Source: a virus
Reading direction: 5' to 3' (one strand)
Length of the DNA: 64,000 bases
IMG/VR virus record: IMGVR_UViG_3300030118_004474
Coordinates: 1 to 64,000 of that record
A model generated the notes under the pieces. The model searched no databases, had not been told where the DNA came from, and worked only from the letters and a program-made list of their open reading frames with translations. The translations under genes were made by a program, and so were the position numbers. How positions within the stretch are numbered: the stretch's first letter is position 1; every line of letters begins with the position of its first letter. This document shows positions 11,047 to 20,209 of the stretch, in pieces.

Positions 11047-11406
11047 TCATATTTGTTTTGTGTCTTTCTTGATTTGCTCAAGCAGTTCGCCCTTGGAAGG
11101 AAGAACCCTTTCTTCTTTTTCTATTTTTTCTGGTAGGATTGCTGGTCGTATGCTCATTTCAATTCTAGCAGAATCTAAATCCTCAACAATAATTTCAGTT
11201 AGGGCAGTAATTGTATCAAGATAAAATGAAGACCTGACTTTTTCCTTTAACGTATCTTCAACGGTTGATACCATTTGTTCTATTGAATAGTTCTGTTTAT
11301 CAATAATACTCTCAAGGGTCTTTTCAATATTATAAATATTTTTAACGGTCCAATTAAAATTTGCTACTTCTGTAATTAGTTCATCCATTATGTTATCACC
11401 AGTCAT
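11047..11406 (-). CDS. Hypothetical protein
   Basis: ORF packed in the operon. Confidence 0.55.
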   Translation of the reverse strand: MTGDNIMDELITEVANFNWTVKNIYNIEKTLESIIDKQNYSIEQMVSTVEDTLKEKVRSSFYLDTITALTEIIVEDLDSARIEMSIRPAILPEKIEKEERVLPSKGELLEQIKKDTKQI

Positions 11407-12292
11407 AAGTTATTCCTCCTTCTCCTTTCTCACAAACAGAAAATAAACCACACTTCCTACACTTCTTATAGAAGTCATCAAAAGGAAACTCCTTAGTCAT
11501 GTAAGAATCCACCAGTTTTTGCATTGAATTTAACACGGACTGTTCCGTGCGAGCCTTAACAGGTTCTAGAAAAATGTAATTACTAGCAGGAAAAAACCAA
11601 CCCCAATATCCAAATTCCATGTTAGGGTCTAGACCTTCTGCAATTTTTTCTTCATCTGTTGCGTTATCAAAAAGCATCTTGTAAAAAGCCATTTCCTTCC
11701 TCATGTGAGTAGCCTTACTATCTTTCCAAACACCAGTTTTTAGTTCAAGTGGGACATAACTACCCTCATGTATAAACAATCTATCAATTATTCCCTGAAG
11801 GTGAACTTGAACCCCGTTCACGTCAAACTTAGCATTTAGCCTTACTTCATTACCGACTGGTTTAAAGAACTCAAGCGTTCCATCCTTTACACAATCAATG
11901 AATCTTTCAGCAGACCAAGAAGCCATTCCCTTGTAAAGCGATGAAGTAGTCTCATCATTTGTTTCGGGATATAAAGCCATGAACGACTTTACTAATTTAT
12001 TTGGGTCGTCTATGTGTTCCATCATTTCTTCTGTATCTACTAAATCCCAAAATGCCTCTTGTGCGTTGTGAACTTCTGTTCCTCGTAGCATCGCCTCCGT
12101 TGGCGGTCCTTTGATTTTACCATTACCGAAAGGGTCATAGTTCATTACATAAGAACCCCGACAAAAACCATAAGTCCCAAGTGAAGATTTTGTAATTTTT
12201 AACATAGGGCTTTTGCCGTCATCAGGGTTCCATTGATATGTAAAACCGTTATTTAAATCATTTTCTGTCCATGCTTCAACATACTCATTCAT
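11396..12292 (-). CDS. Cas4/RecB-like PD-(D/E)xK exonuclease
   Basis: FC near the N-terminus, GTEVH, GIIDRL, ELKTG, and C-terminal CRKC...C Fe-S ligands. Confidence 0.85.
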   Translation of the reverse strand: MNEYVEAWTENDLNNGFTYQWNPDDGKSPMLKITKSSLGTYGFCRGSYVMNYDPFGNGKIKGPPTEAMLRGTEVHNAQEAFWDLVDTEEMMEHIDDPNKLVKSFMALYPETNDETTSSLYKGMASWSAERFIDCVKDGTLEFFKPVGNEVRLNAKFDVNGVQVHLQGIIDRLFIHEGSYVPLELKTGVWKDSKATHMRKEMAFYKMLFDNATDEEKIAEGLDPNMEFGYWGWFFPASNYIFLEPVKARTEQSVLNSMQKLVDSYMTKEFPFDDFYKKCRKCGLFSVCEKGEGGITYDW

Positions 12293-12765
12293 TGACTCTC
12301 CTCCTTGAGAGTGTCAATAAGACTAGATGCCTGTTGTCTAGTAATTCCTTCAAATATTCTTGACTGGCCTCCTAATTTTGTAATATATTCAAGTTGTTTA
12401 TCTGTCGGTGGACCGTCAATATTTTTAACCGCTCTACTAGGAGACTCCATTACCTTCCTTCTGAGAGAGGCAGTAGTTTCATCATGACAAGCCTTACAGA
12501 CTTCTATTACATTACTTCTAGCATAGATTAGGTATTCTTTTCCAAGTTCTCTACATCTATGTTGAGAAATAATATGGTGCCATTCAGTCTTTTCAAATTT
12601 GTCTCCGCAGATAGTACAAATCTTCTGCTTGACCCAAAACTTCTTTTCCTTCTTATAGATTACAAGTAATTCTTGTTCTAGTTGTCCTATTTCTTGTTTC
12701 TTTTTATTAATTCTTTCATGTAATTTTCTCATACTTTTAACATATGTTCCATCTTTCTTTCCCAT
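12289..12765 (-). CDS. HNH endonuclease
   Basis: CTICG...HHII...NVIEVCKACH. Confidence 0.75.
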   Translation of the reverse strand: MGKKDGTYVKSMRKLHERINKKKQEIGQLEQELLVIYKKEKKFWVKQKICTICGDKFEKTEWHHIISQHRCRELGKEYLIYARSNVIEVCKACHDETTASLRRKVMESPSRAVKNIDGPPTDKQLEYITKLGGQSRIFEGITRQQASSLIDTLKEESQ

Positions 12766-12766
12766 T

Positions 12767-15217
12767 TTACCACCAATCCTCCAATGATGTTTGATTAACG
12801 TCTTTTTTATACAAGGTCAAAGGCCACCCCATACTCTCAAAGACAAGTGCAGATTTTTTAATAATTTCTGCCTCAGCAATAAACTCCCAATCGGGTTTGT
12901 ATGTTTCGCTAAGTTTCATTTGATTCACACTTCTAAACGCTAAGTATTCTGCTGTTTTAGATTCACCACTCCATATGTAGCATTTTTCGTCCAAATCACT
13001 ATTATTCATTTTGTAGTAGTAGTAAGAATCCCCTTTTACGATTTTACTACCCAAGTTTTGTTGATTATAATACAAGATACCTGCTGTCCCTCCTGCCACC
13101 ATCTTATAATCAGATAGTGGTTTTATTAAACGGCTTCGTTTTATTAAACGGCTAATGTCCACCTCACCTTGTACTATATCTTTATACCAACCATTACAGT
13201 AGGCTACTATTTCGTTCTTACATTCAAACAAGGAGACTTTCTTTAAAAGGTTTTCCTGAAACTCCTTCGCAACTGGTGTCTCATTACTCTTCTTCATCTC
13301 AAAACCCATCACGAAGAATTTGTCCTCGGATAAAAAGTCCCCGTCCTTCCACGAAAGCCAACCACAATATCGGTTCTTTTTCTTGGAGAGGAAAAACTTG
13401 GAGGCAAACTTCTCAAATTCTAACTCAACAGGCTCACGGAAAATCTTCTTTGAAATGTAATCGTTCAATTTCTCACGCAATTCTAGTGCATCATCAACAT
13501 CTTTAACCTTAATGAAAACAGAATCGGTGTGTCCGTAAATAACTTCGTAGCCCAGTCCTTGAGCATAGAAAGCCGTCATCCTCATAGCCCTACGAGCAGA
13601 AGCCGTGATTGATTTAGCCATGTCCATGTCTCCCCACCCGTAGCCGTCTTTTGCTAGAATACCGTAGAATGCGTTGACAACCCGCTTAGTAGCCATCTGT
13701 GCTGAATCCCACTTTTGATACTCTTCTTCCGTGGTTGCTTGAGAACGCAATTTCTTGTAAGAATCCCGCATCTCCATTAACTCCTTGACCGCTTGAGGCA
13801 ACACACCTTCACCCTCGTTGCTGAAATGGATGTTAGGTTTGCCGTCATAGGGCTTCAGATTCTTGGGAGTTTCCCACCAAACAGGATAACCGCTAGTGGT
13901 CTTAGTCTCCCACGAAATATTCATTGAAGCCATCATGGATGGATATAGGGATTTGAAGTCAAAAATAGCCACGTTTTCATGTTGTCCGTAAGTCTTTTCC
14001 TCATCAGGGTCCATCACGAAAGCCGCTTCAAACTTTTCCTTTGAACCTTTTAGTCCAGTAGGGGGAATCCAGCCAGCCTTCTTCATAAAATACACACCAG
14101 CCATTTGTGAATTGTGATATGTGTTTTCAAACGGACAACCGATTAGCCGTTGTAGGGCCAACTGATTCTCGCTAACATTTAATTTTTCATCAATATCCAC
14201 ACACAATTTTACATCTATTCTTGCGTATTCTAAATAAGTATTTGTGTCCTCAAGCCAAGCCCTTTCGTAAAACTCGTTGTCTTGAAACTTTGAAGAAACA
14301 ACCTTACCATCATTTTCTAGAACTAATTTAGAGCAATCATCTAGTTTTAAAGAGGGCAACGTTCCCATCTGCGAATCAGTCCAAAGGCGTTCAAATCTGT
14401 CCATTAAGCAAAACGTTAATCTTCCTTTAATTGGTTGTCCACTATTATAATAGTTTTCTACTTTTAAATCCCATCCTACTGGTTCTCCATTTCTACGACG
14501 ACGACTAACATTTTTAATTTCTCCATAAGGAGACATCAGCGTTGGATTAATATTCAATTCACACATACGAGAAATAACTTTCGGTATGTCAAAACCAAGC
14601 AAATACCAACCGATAATCATGTCGGGGTCTTGCTCTTGCATTAGACGAATAAAGGCGTAAAGCATATCAGTTTCATTGTCGTAAATTTCAAGCCATTCTT
14701 GGTGAAGAATACTGTTATCCGGCTCACCTGTTGGGAACCAAGTCATTACAGTAGGCTTTTGTGTGTAGTTATCGTAAATACTTAACACCGTAATTTTCCC
14801 ATGATGTTCTCCGCCTACTTGAGTTTCAATATCAAAATACCACTTACGAAGATTATATTCGGGAACGTCATAATCAGTATCAATGCACCACAAACGGGAA
14901 GCATCTACATCTCCCTGAAATGTTCTTTCTGTGCGATGTATTTCCTGTATAATATTATATCTGTCGTATGGGTTTTCATAATAATATTTTAAAAGAGGAA
15001 CTCCGTCTAGGTTTCTTAATTTAGTCTTCTCAATTTTAAAATTGATTTTTCTACCTTTTACTACAATACTACTACCAATCTTTGTATTGATAGATAAATA
15101 AAAATAAGGTTGACATTCAAAGGTTTCTTCTTTTCTCTCATCATCACTATTACGATAGCGAAGTTTAATCTTGTGCTGATTGTTCTCTTGAATCGTATTT
15201 ATCATCATTTTTATCAC
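12767..15217 (-). CDS. polB: Family B DNA polymerase
   Basis: Exo I FDIET, DFKSLYPS, KRVVNAFYG, YGHTDS, KKNRY; C-terminal PIP-box QTSLEDWW. Confidence 0.97.
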   Translation of the reverse strand: MIKMMINTIQENNQHKIKLRYRNSDDERKEETFECQPYFYLSINTKIGSSIVVKGRKINFKIEKTKLRNLDGVPLLKYYYENPYDRYNIIQEIHRTERTFQGDVDASRLWCIDTDYDVPEYNLRKWYFDIETQVGGEHHGKITVLSIYDNYTQKPTVMTWFPTGEPDNSILHQEWLEIYDNETDMLYAFIRLMQEQDPDMIIGWYLLGFDIPKVISRMCELNINPTLMSPYGEIKNVSRRRRNGEPVGWDLKVENYYNSGQPIKGRLTFCLMDRFERLWTDSQMGTLPSLKLDDCSKLVLENDGKVVSSKFQDNEFYERAWLEDTNTYLEYARIDVKLCVDIDEKLNVSENQLALQRLIGCPFENTYHNSQMAGVYFMKKAGWIPPTGLKGSKEKFEAAFVMDPDEEKTYGQHENVAIFDFKSLYPSMMASMNISWETKTTSGYPVWWETPKNLKPYDGKPNIHFSNEGEGVLPQAVKELMEMRDSYKKLRSQATTEEEYQKWDSAQMATKRVVNAFYGILAKDGYGWGDMDMAKSITASARRAMRMTAFYAQGLGYEVIYGHTDSVFIKVKDVDDALELREKLNDYISKKIFREPVELEFEKFASKFFLSKKKNRYCGWLSWKDGDFLSEDKFFVMGFEMKKSNETPVAKEFQENLLKKVSLFECKNEIVAYCNGWYKDIVQGEVDISRLIKRSRLIKPLSDYKMVAGGTAGILYYNQQNLGSKIVKGDSYYYYKMNNSDLDEKCYIWSGESKTAEYLAFRSVNQMKLSETYKPDWEFIAEAEIIKKSALVFESMGWPLTLYKKDVNQTSLEDWW

Positions 15218-15377
15218 TCAGTATTTCTATTTCAATATCATTTTCTCTTAATTCATACTGCATTTGGTTTTGTATGTAGTGAACTAAATGTTGTTTTAGT
15301 TCTTTGGCTGAGGTATCTTTCCAATACCAACCGCCTTTTACTAGTAGGTTTAATTTAAATTTAGGGCCTTCACCCAT
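15165..15377 (-). CDS. Hypothetical protein
   Basis: ORF in the operon. Confidence 0.5.
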   Translation of the reverse strand: MGEGPKFKLNLLVKGGWYWKDTSAKELKQHLVHYIQNQMQYELRENDIEIEILSDKNDDKYDSREQSAQD

Positions 15378-15615
15378 TCAAATCCCTCATCATTTGTGCA
15401 AAGTCTCTTCCGTATTTCATGGTAAGTTCAATATCCTTAAACTCCTCCATAAGTCGCTCAACATATACGGCGGCATCCATCAATTCTTCTTGTAGGTGAA
15501 CAAGCCATTCGTGAACGGAAAGGTCTGTTCTTTCCATCGTAGTTCCGTATTTCTTTTTGCCGACTCCTGCTCGTTGTTGAATTTTCTTACACACTTCGTC
15601 TTCGTGTTTGCTCAC
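15370..15615 (-). CDS. Small all-alpha (MazG-like) protein
   Basis: KKYG...WLVHLQEELMDAAVY (EExxD) motif common in phages. Confidence 0.55.
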   Translation of the reverse strand: MSKHEDEVCKKIQQRAGVGKKKYGTTMERTDLSVHEWLVHLQEELMDAAVYVERLMEEFKDIELTMKYGRDFAQMMRDLNG

Positions 15616-15827
15616 TCTTCTTCCTCCATGTTCATGTTTAGAATCGTGTCAAGTAGTCTCACTTGACCAATCAAATAGAGGATAACCCCACTATTGCTTT
15701 CCCCATACATTTTTAGAAACTGCTCTAGTGTTGTGTTTCTTTCATTTAAGTTGTGCATTAGCGTATCGTGAAGTTGTGTTCTCATCGTTGCTATAATTGT
15801 TAGTAGTATTTCTTTTTCCATACTCAT
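15612..15827 (-). CDS. Hypothetical protein
   Basis: ORF with ATGA/RBS coupling. Confidence 0.5.
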   Translation of the reverse strand: MSMEKEILLTIIATMRTQLHDTLMHNLNERNTTLEQFLKMYGESNSGVILYLIGQVRLLDTILNMNMEEEE

Positions 15828-16597
15828 TCCGTCCTTGGTGCTCGCATTAGAATCATATCGGTAGTGCGAAAGATAATAGGCATTTCATCATCATAGAAAA
15901 TCGCTACCTCGTCATCATTTGTATATTCTAAAGCCTTAGAAATAGGCAAAGAAAAACTAGCGATTGCGTCCCTACTAATTGGGGAAATAGGTTCTAGATT
16001 AGTAGTAATAGACTCTGTAAGTTTATCAGAAGTAATAGATAGAGTATTACCTTTACTATTTGCGTTGAAGGTATAAATACTGCTACCAACTCTCTCCGCC
16101 ATATTTATAGCACTTATCAATTCGTTCTTCATTAAACAAACCTTTGTTTTTAGAACTAGTTTTTCAGTAGCCGCATATGTCTCTTCATCTTCGTAGTCCT
16201 CTTGCATAGAGTCAGAAAATTTACCTATAATGTGAGCATAATCATGTCTCTCTATAACAGGTATTTCCACGACAGAATTTCCAGATATTATCTTTATTAT
16301 ATTATCTAAAAAACTGATAGTAGAATCTTCATCTACTAAATACTTAGTTAAAATATCAGCATTGACAAAACCATACTGTTTATTCATCAGAGGGTTTGTG
16401 TCTCTAACTCGGTTATATACCCGAACGTATGTAGAAGCATCCCCGTTTTCTACGGATATTTTGTTGCCACTACAACTAATTTTAACACAATTACCCAACT
16501 GTCCCTTTGTGTTGCTGAGTCCTTGGTTGTATTTGCCCTTAAGCAAACACAAGTTTATCATTTCTTTCAATCTTTTTCCATTCATTGTAAATTTCAT
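15824..16597 (-). CDS. pcn: Sliding clamp (PCNA)
   Basis: ~257 aa; C-terminal MPIIF...MRAPR typical of PCNA; near polB and RFC; GGTGGTGA RBS. Confidence 0.75.
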   Translation of the reverse strand: MKFTMNGKRLKEMINLCLLKGKYNQGLSNTKGQLGNCVKISCSGNKISVENGDASTYVRVYNRVRDTNPLMNKQYGFVNADILTKYLVDEDSTISFLDNIIKIISGNSVVEIPVIERHDYAHIIGKFSDSMQEDYEDEETYAATEKLVLKTKVCLMKNELISAINMAERVGSSIYTFNANSKGNTLSITSDKLTESITTNLEPISPISRDAIASFSLPISKALEYTNDDEVAIFYDDEMPIIFRTTDMILMRAPRTE

Positions 16598-16660
16598 GTG
16601 TTTCACCACCTTTTTCATAAATTCAATACATAATACCACACTACACACTCAGAGTTAAAC

Positions 16661-17575
16661 TCAAAGTGTATTATCCTTTATTGCTTCAAGACCGTTCCAA
16701 GAGACTTTGCCCTTTACGTTCTCAAATAACAAAAAGGATTGACCTTCATTTTCTGCATTTGTTTTTGATTTGGTAACCTTCGCATAAAGGCTAGTTTTAC
16801 CATTTCTTTCCTCACGGGAAGTAATGACATGCTGATACAATTTAGCAGTCGTTGATTTTTCCCAGTCGGGTTTCTGTCCCACCACTTCAAAACCGTCATG
16901 AACTTCCTTCATGTGTGTAATGAAAAACTTGTGGCATTCTAGTTGACAAGCCGCTTTAAACAAACGCTGGTATTCTTGGGTTCTAGCAAACCATTGTGTA
17001 GGGACCATTTTTACCTTATCTGCCTGTCGTGGGTCATTTCCCTTGATGTGATTTAACCTAGCAATCATATTTGTTGTGTCAAGCCAAGTATCTAGTCCGT
17101 CAAAAACAATCGCTTTAACAGCCTTAACTTCAATTTCTTCTTCATCATCAAAAGAAATCTTATTTGTTTCAATCGCCTCTTTGACCATTCCAATAAAGAA
17201 ACGTGCCATGTCAGCAGTAGCCATATAATCAATTGTCATGTCGTCCTTATACACATGAGGATTATAGATAAACACCTTATCATCGGAAGACCAATGTTGC
17301 CTCCATGTTGGTTCTGCTCCCTCATCAAAGTCAAGAACAAAAACCCAATGTGTTTCTCTTTCTTCATCTGTCCTACAATCCAAAGCAAGACCAGTTTTAC
17401 CCGTGCCGGGGTCCCCAGAAATACCACATATCATATATGCTGATTCTTGGGCCAAGAGGTTTCTTCGTTGTTGAAACGCTCTTGCTTTCGCCTTCGCAAA
17501 GGCTCCCAGTTGGTCTTCTTCTTTCACTTGCTTCAGTAGTCTATTACTTGCTTTTCCTGTTTTCTTCAAACTCAT
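16661..17575 (-). CDS. RecA-superfamily ATPase (RadA/Sak4-like recombinase)
   Basis: GDPGTGKT, VLDFDEG, IVFDGLD, FITH. Confidence 0.75.
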   Translation of the reverse strand: MSLKKTGKASNRLLKQVKEEDQLGAFAKAKARAFQQRRNLLAQESAYMICGISGDPGTGKTGLALDCRTDEERETHWVFVLDFDEGAEPTWRQHWSSDDKVFIYNPHVYKDDMTIDYMATADMARFFIGMVKEAIETNKISFDDEEEIEVKAVKAIVFDGLDTWLDTTNMIARLNHIKGNDPRQADKVKMVPTQWFARTQEYQRLFKAACQLECHKFFITHMKEVHDGFEVVGQKPDWEKSTTAKLYQHVITSREERNGKTSLYAKVTKSKTNAENEGQSFLLFENVKGKVSWNGLEAIKDNTL

Positions 17576-17763
17576 TCTTCTTCATCTCCTTTAAATTGTG
17601 CTTTTAATTGTTGTAGTTGGTTTTCATGAACAATTCTAGTGAACATTTTACCACTACTTTTCATATGGAACCTCACACTAAAAGTTCCATCATCTTGTTT
17701 TCTCCACTCAATACTTTCTACCTCGTCCATATCAAGTAGAATTTCATTCATTCTAATAATCAT
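17572..17763 (-). CDS. Hypothetical protein
   Basis: GGAGG RBS, coupled to the downstream gene. Confidence 0.55.
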   Translation of the reverse strand: MIIRMNEILLDMDEVESIEWRKQDDGTFSVRFHMKSSGKMFTRIVHENQLQQLKAQFKGDEEE

Positions 17764-17780
17764 CTTTTTTCCTCCAATAG

Positions 17781-17938
17781 GTATAGGCCTTGCACCTATC
17801 CGTAAGTCATTCTATCGCCACTTATACACGACAACTCGTAGGCCGTTCTTGTATCTCTATGAAAACGACCTAAGCGAGAATTACATTTCGTCTAGCCTTT
17901 CGGAGAGGAGCAAGAGGGCAGAAGCCCAAAGCCCCACA
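17781..17938 (-). ncRNA. Candidate structured RNA in the RPA-downstream intergenic region
   Basis: Nested helices on the - strand: CUUGC/GCAAG with UCCG/CGGA, 11-bp UAGGUCGUUUU/AGAACGGCCUA with G-U pairs, GGGC-UUCU-GCCC, UACGA-GUUG-UCGUG. Confidence 0.45.
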
Positions 17939-18035
17939 AAAATACCCAACTGTTGGTCAAAGTAATAAATACCAATGCTTCCAACAATTGAAACTAGACT
18001 ACTATAAAATCCTAACTTTTTGTAGTTCATTTAAA

Positions 18036-19274
18036 TCACCAATAACTTAGCGAATCCCCATCATCAGTTGAGACTTCTTCTTCAAGACCAGTTCCTAGAC
18101 GGACACGAAGACCGTAAAGGTTGATAGAAACGGGGTTATATTCACCATCAATTGGCATTCCCGATTCGTCTTTCCTTTGCGTTTGATTGGTTCGTCCAAT
18201 GACCACAATATCAGAACCAACACCAAAGTTCAAATCAACATGCGAAGGAACCCAAACAGGTGTTGAGTCGGGCATGTCTTCATCATCAAACCCATAATTA
18301 GCATCCAAAGGTTCAACCCAAATAACACGGTTTCCGGTTTTTGGATTGGCCTTAAGATTCATGCTAGTAACGATACCGTCCGTGACAACTACCTTCAATC
18401 CTTGTTGTGTCTGAATTTCTTGGTGATAATCCTCCAAGTCATACAAATCCGTGACATATTCAGCCATGTTTTCAACAAGTGCTTCCTCGTAATCGTAAGA
18501 AGACGTATCAAACCAAAGTGGGTTATTATCGTCCAACGAGTCAATGTATTGGCTAAATTCTGTTTTATTACGGATTCCGTAGATAGCATTCCTATCCTCG
18601 TTAACTAGACCGTAGAAGGTTATCATTCGGAAACAGTCTGCTTTGAAATTTTTAGCCATTTCATTCTTGAGTTGAACAGTCCATAGTTGAGTTTCCCCTC
18701 CTTCTTTCTGTCCGATGAAATGCGCTCGCACTTGATGTTGTTCCTTTGGCAAAGGCTTGCCGTAGTTTTTGTTGGTGTCTCCCGACTGCCAAGTTTTAAC
18801 AGCGTCAATGGGAACAATCCAAGTAGTTTCGCTAATTTCAATTGCCATATCAGGAACCGATGGAATGGTCTTTGTTTCCCATTCACCATTTCTTACCTGA
18901 GTTTTAAGGTAGTTTCCATCCTCAAGAGTAATCTCAGCAACCAATTCATCGGTAAGAGTCTGACTAGAATCGCTGTTGTAGCGAGACAAAACAGATTTTC
19001 TCTTGTATTCCATTATATCACGAACTGGTTCAACAGCCGCAAAGAACCCTGTAATGTGTTCTCCAAATGTTTGGCTATTGTTTGAACGATTGGAGGAAAG
19101 ACGACTTCTCACATATTGGCGAGTCATGGACATAGCCATGAGTTGTTGTCGTTCATCATCCAAATCTAGTCCACTACTACCGGCTAGTTCAGTATATTTT
19201 TCAGTCATTTCTTCTACTTCAATGTTAAGTCTTTTAGCAAGACCATTCAATTCTTTCTCTATTCTTTCTAACAT
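18036..19274 (-). CDS. ssDNA-binding protein (RPA-like, OB folds)
   Basis: OB-fold-like C-terminus (VVTDGIVTS...FGVGSDIVVIGRT...INLYGL) and acidic tail; between RFC and the recombinase. Confidence 0.65.
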   Translation of the reverse strand: MLERIEKELNGLAKRLNIEVEEMTEKYTELAGSSGLDLDDERQQLMAMSMTRQYVRSRLSSNRSNNSQTFGEHITGFFAAVEPVRDIMEYKRKSVLSRYNSDSSQTLTDELVAEITLEDGNYLKTQVRNGEWETKTIPSVPDMAIEISETTWIVPIDAVKTWQSGDTNKNYGKPLPKEQHQVRAHFIGQKEGGETQLWTVQLKNEMAKNFKADCFRMITFYGLVNEDRNAIYGIRNKTEFSQYIDSLDDNNPLWFDTSSYDYEEALVENMAEYVTDLYDLEDYHQEIQTQQGLKVVVTDGIVTSMNLKANPKTGNRVIWVEPLDANYGFDDEDMPDSTPVWVPSHVDLNFGVGSDIVVIGRTNQTQRKDESGMPIDGEYNPVSINLYGLRVRLGTGLEEEVSTDDGDSLSYW

Positions 19275-19279
19275 TTTTT

Positions 19280-20209
19280 TCACTTCCTTTCGTGTTTCAT
19301 AATTTGTGAACAGAACCAAGCAATCAATACCTTCGGTGATACACTTCGGCTCCTCCACTCCATTTCTCCTATCGTTGCTATGCACATAAACTTTGTGCTA
19401 GTATTCAAATCCATATTCATAACAGATTGTAGGAGTTTATTACATATATCCTTTACACTTTGTCCCTTTCTGATTAGACCGTCTAAATAAGTCATTCCCT
19501 CAGAATTACCAGCCAATAGGCTAGCAAGTGAACTTTCATAATGCTTAGTAGTAGCATTGATAAAATCCTCTACTTTTGCACCAGAAAAAATACAGGCCTG
19601 TACCTCGTTAATGGCACGACGAAAATCACCATTACAATTTTCAACAATTTTACTCAATATTTCTTCGGGCGAATCGTGGCCTGAATCGTAGCCCTTTTCA
19701 TAAATAATTTTTAGTAGTCTCTCAACTTGAACAGATGTTGGTAGGGCCTCAAACACATAATTTGCACAACGGGACTTGAGCGCATCTTCCACACCATAAG
19801 CATCATTACAGGTGATAATAAATACCGTATTTGTTGCTCTTTCCATAGTTCTTTTTAGTGCTCGTTGGGCATCTCTAGTCATACCTTCTATTTCGTCCAA
19901 CAGAACGAACTTTAGTTTCTGACCACTTACTGACCTAGTTGTTAGAAAATTATATATGGTTTCTCTAACAGTTTCTAGTTTCCTATCTTGACTAGCATTG
20001 ATTTCAAGAAAATTAGTTGCGAGGTCGTCTTGTAAAAACTCTCTAGCCATAACATAGGCGGCTGTCGTTTTACCTGTCCCCGGAATACCATAAAGTAATA
20101 GGTTAGGCATCTTGCCTCTCCTAACCCAATTTTCTGCATCTTCTTTAAATTTATGTTGCCCTATAATTTCACTAATTTTTGTCGGTCTAAATTCTTCTGT
20201 CCAATTCAT
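19280..20209 (-). CDS. rfcS: Replication factor C small subunit (clamp loader)
   Basis: WTEEFRP, GIPGTGKTT, EINASQDR, LDEIEGM, ALKSRC, GDFRRAIN. Confidence 0.95.
   Translation of the reverse strand: MNWTEEFRPTKISEIIGQHKFKEDAENWVRRGKMPNLLLYGIPGTGKTTAAYVMAREFLQDDLATNFLEINASQDRKLETVRETIYNFLTTRSVSGQKLKFVLLDEIEGMTRDAQRALKRTMERATNTVFIITCNDAYGVEDALKSRCANYVFEALPTSVQVERLLKIIYEKGYDSGHDSPEEILSKIVENCNGDFRRAINEVQACIFSGAKVEDFINATTKHYESSLASLLAGNSEGMTYLDGLIRKGQSVKDICNKLLQSVMNMDLNTSTKFMCIATIGEMEWRSRSVSPKVLIAWFCSQIMKHERK

Noticed and set aside
11396-12292. Cas4-like gene as part of a CRISPR-Cas system
   Set aside because: No cas1/cas2 or array; stand-alone Cas4-like nucleases are common in viral replication modules.
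12767-15217. Intein or intron in polB (also checked nrdJ and terL)
   Set aside because: Lengths are normal, motifs are contiguous, and there are no C...HN splice signatures.
17855-17915. SRP helix-8-like or hammerhead motif in the intergenic element
   Set aside because: Only partial similarity (GGAGCA on the + strand); G-U pairing favours the opposite strand and there is no CUGANGA core.
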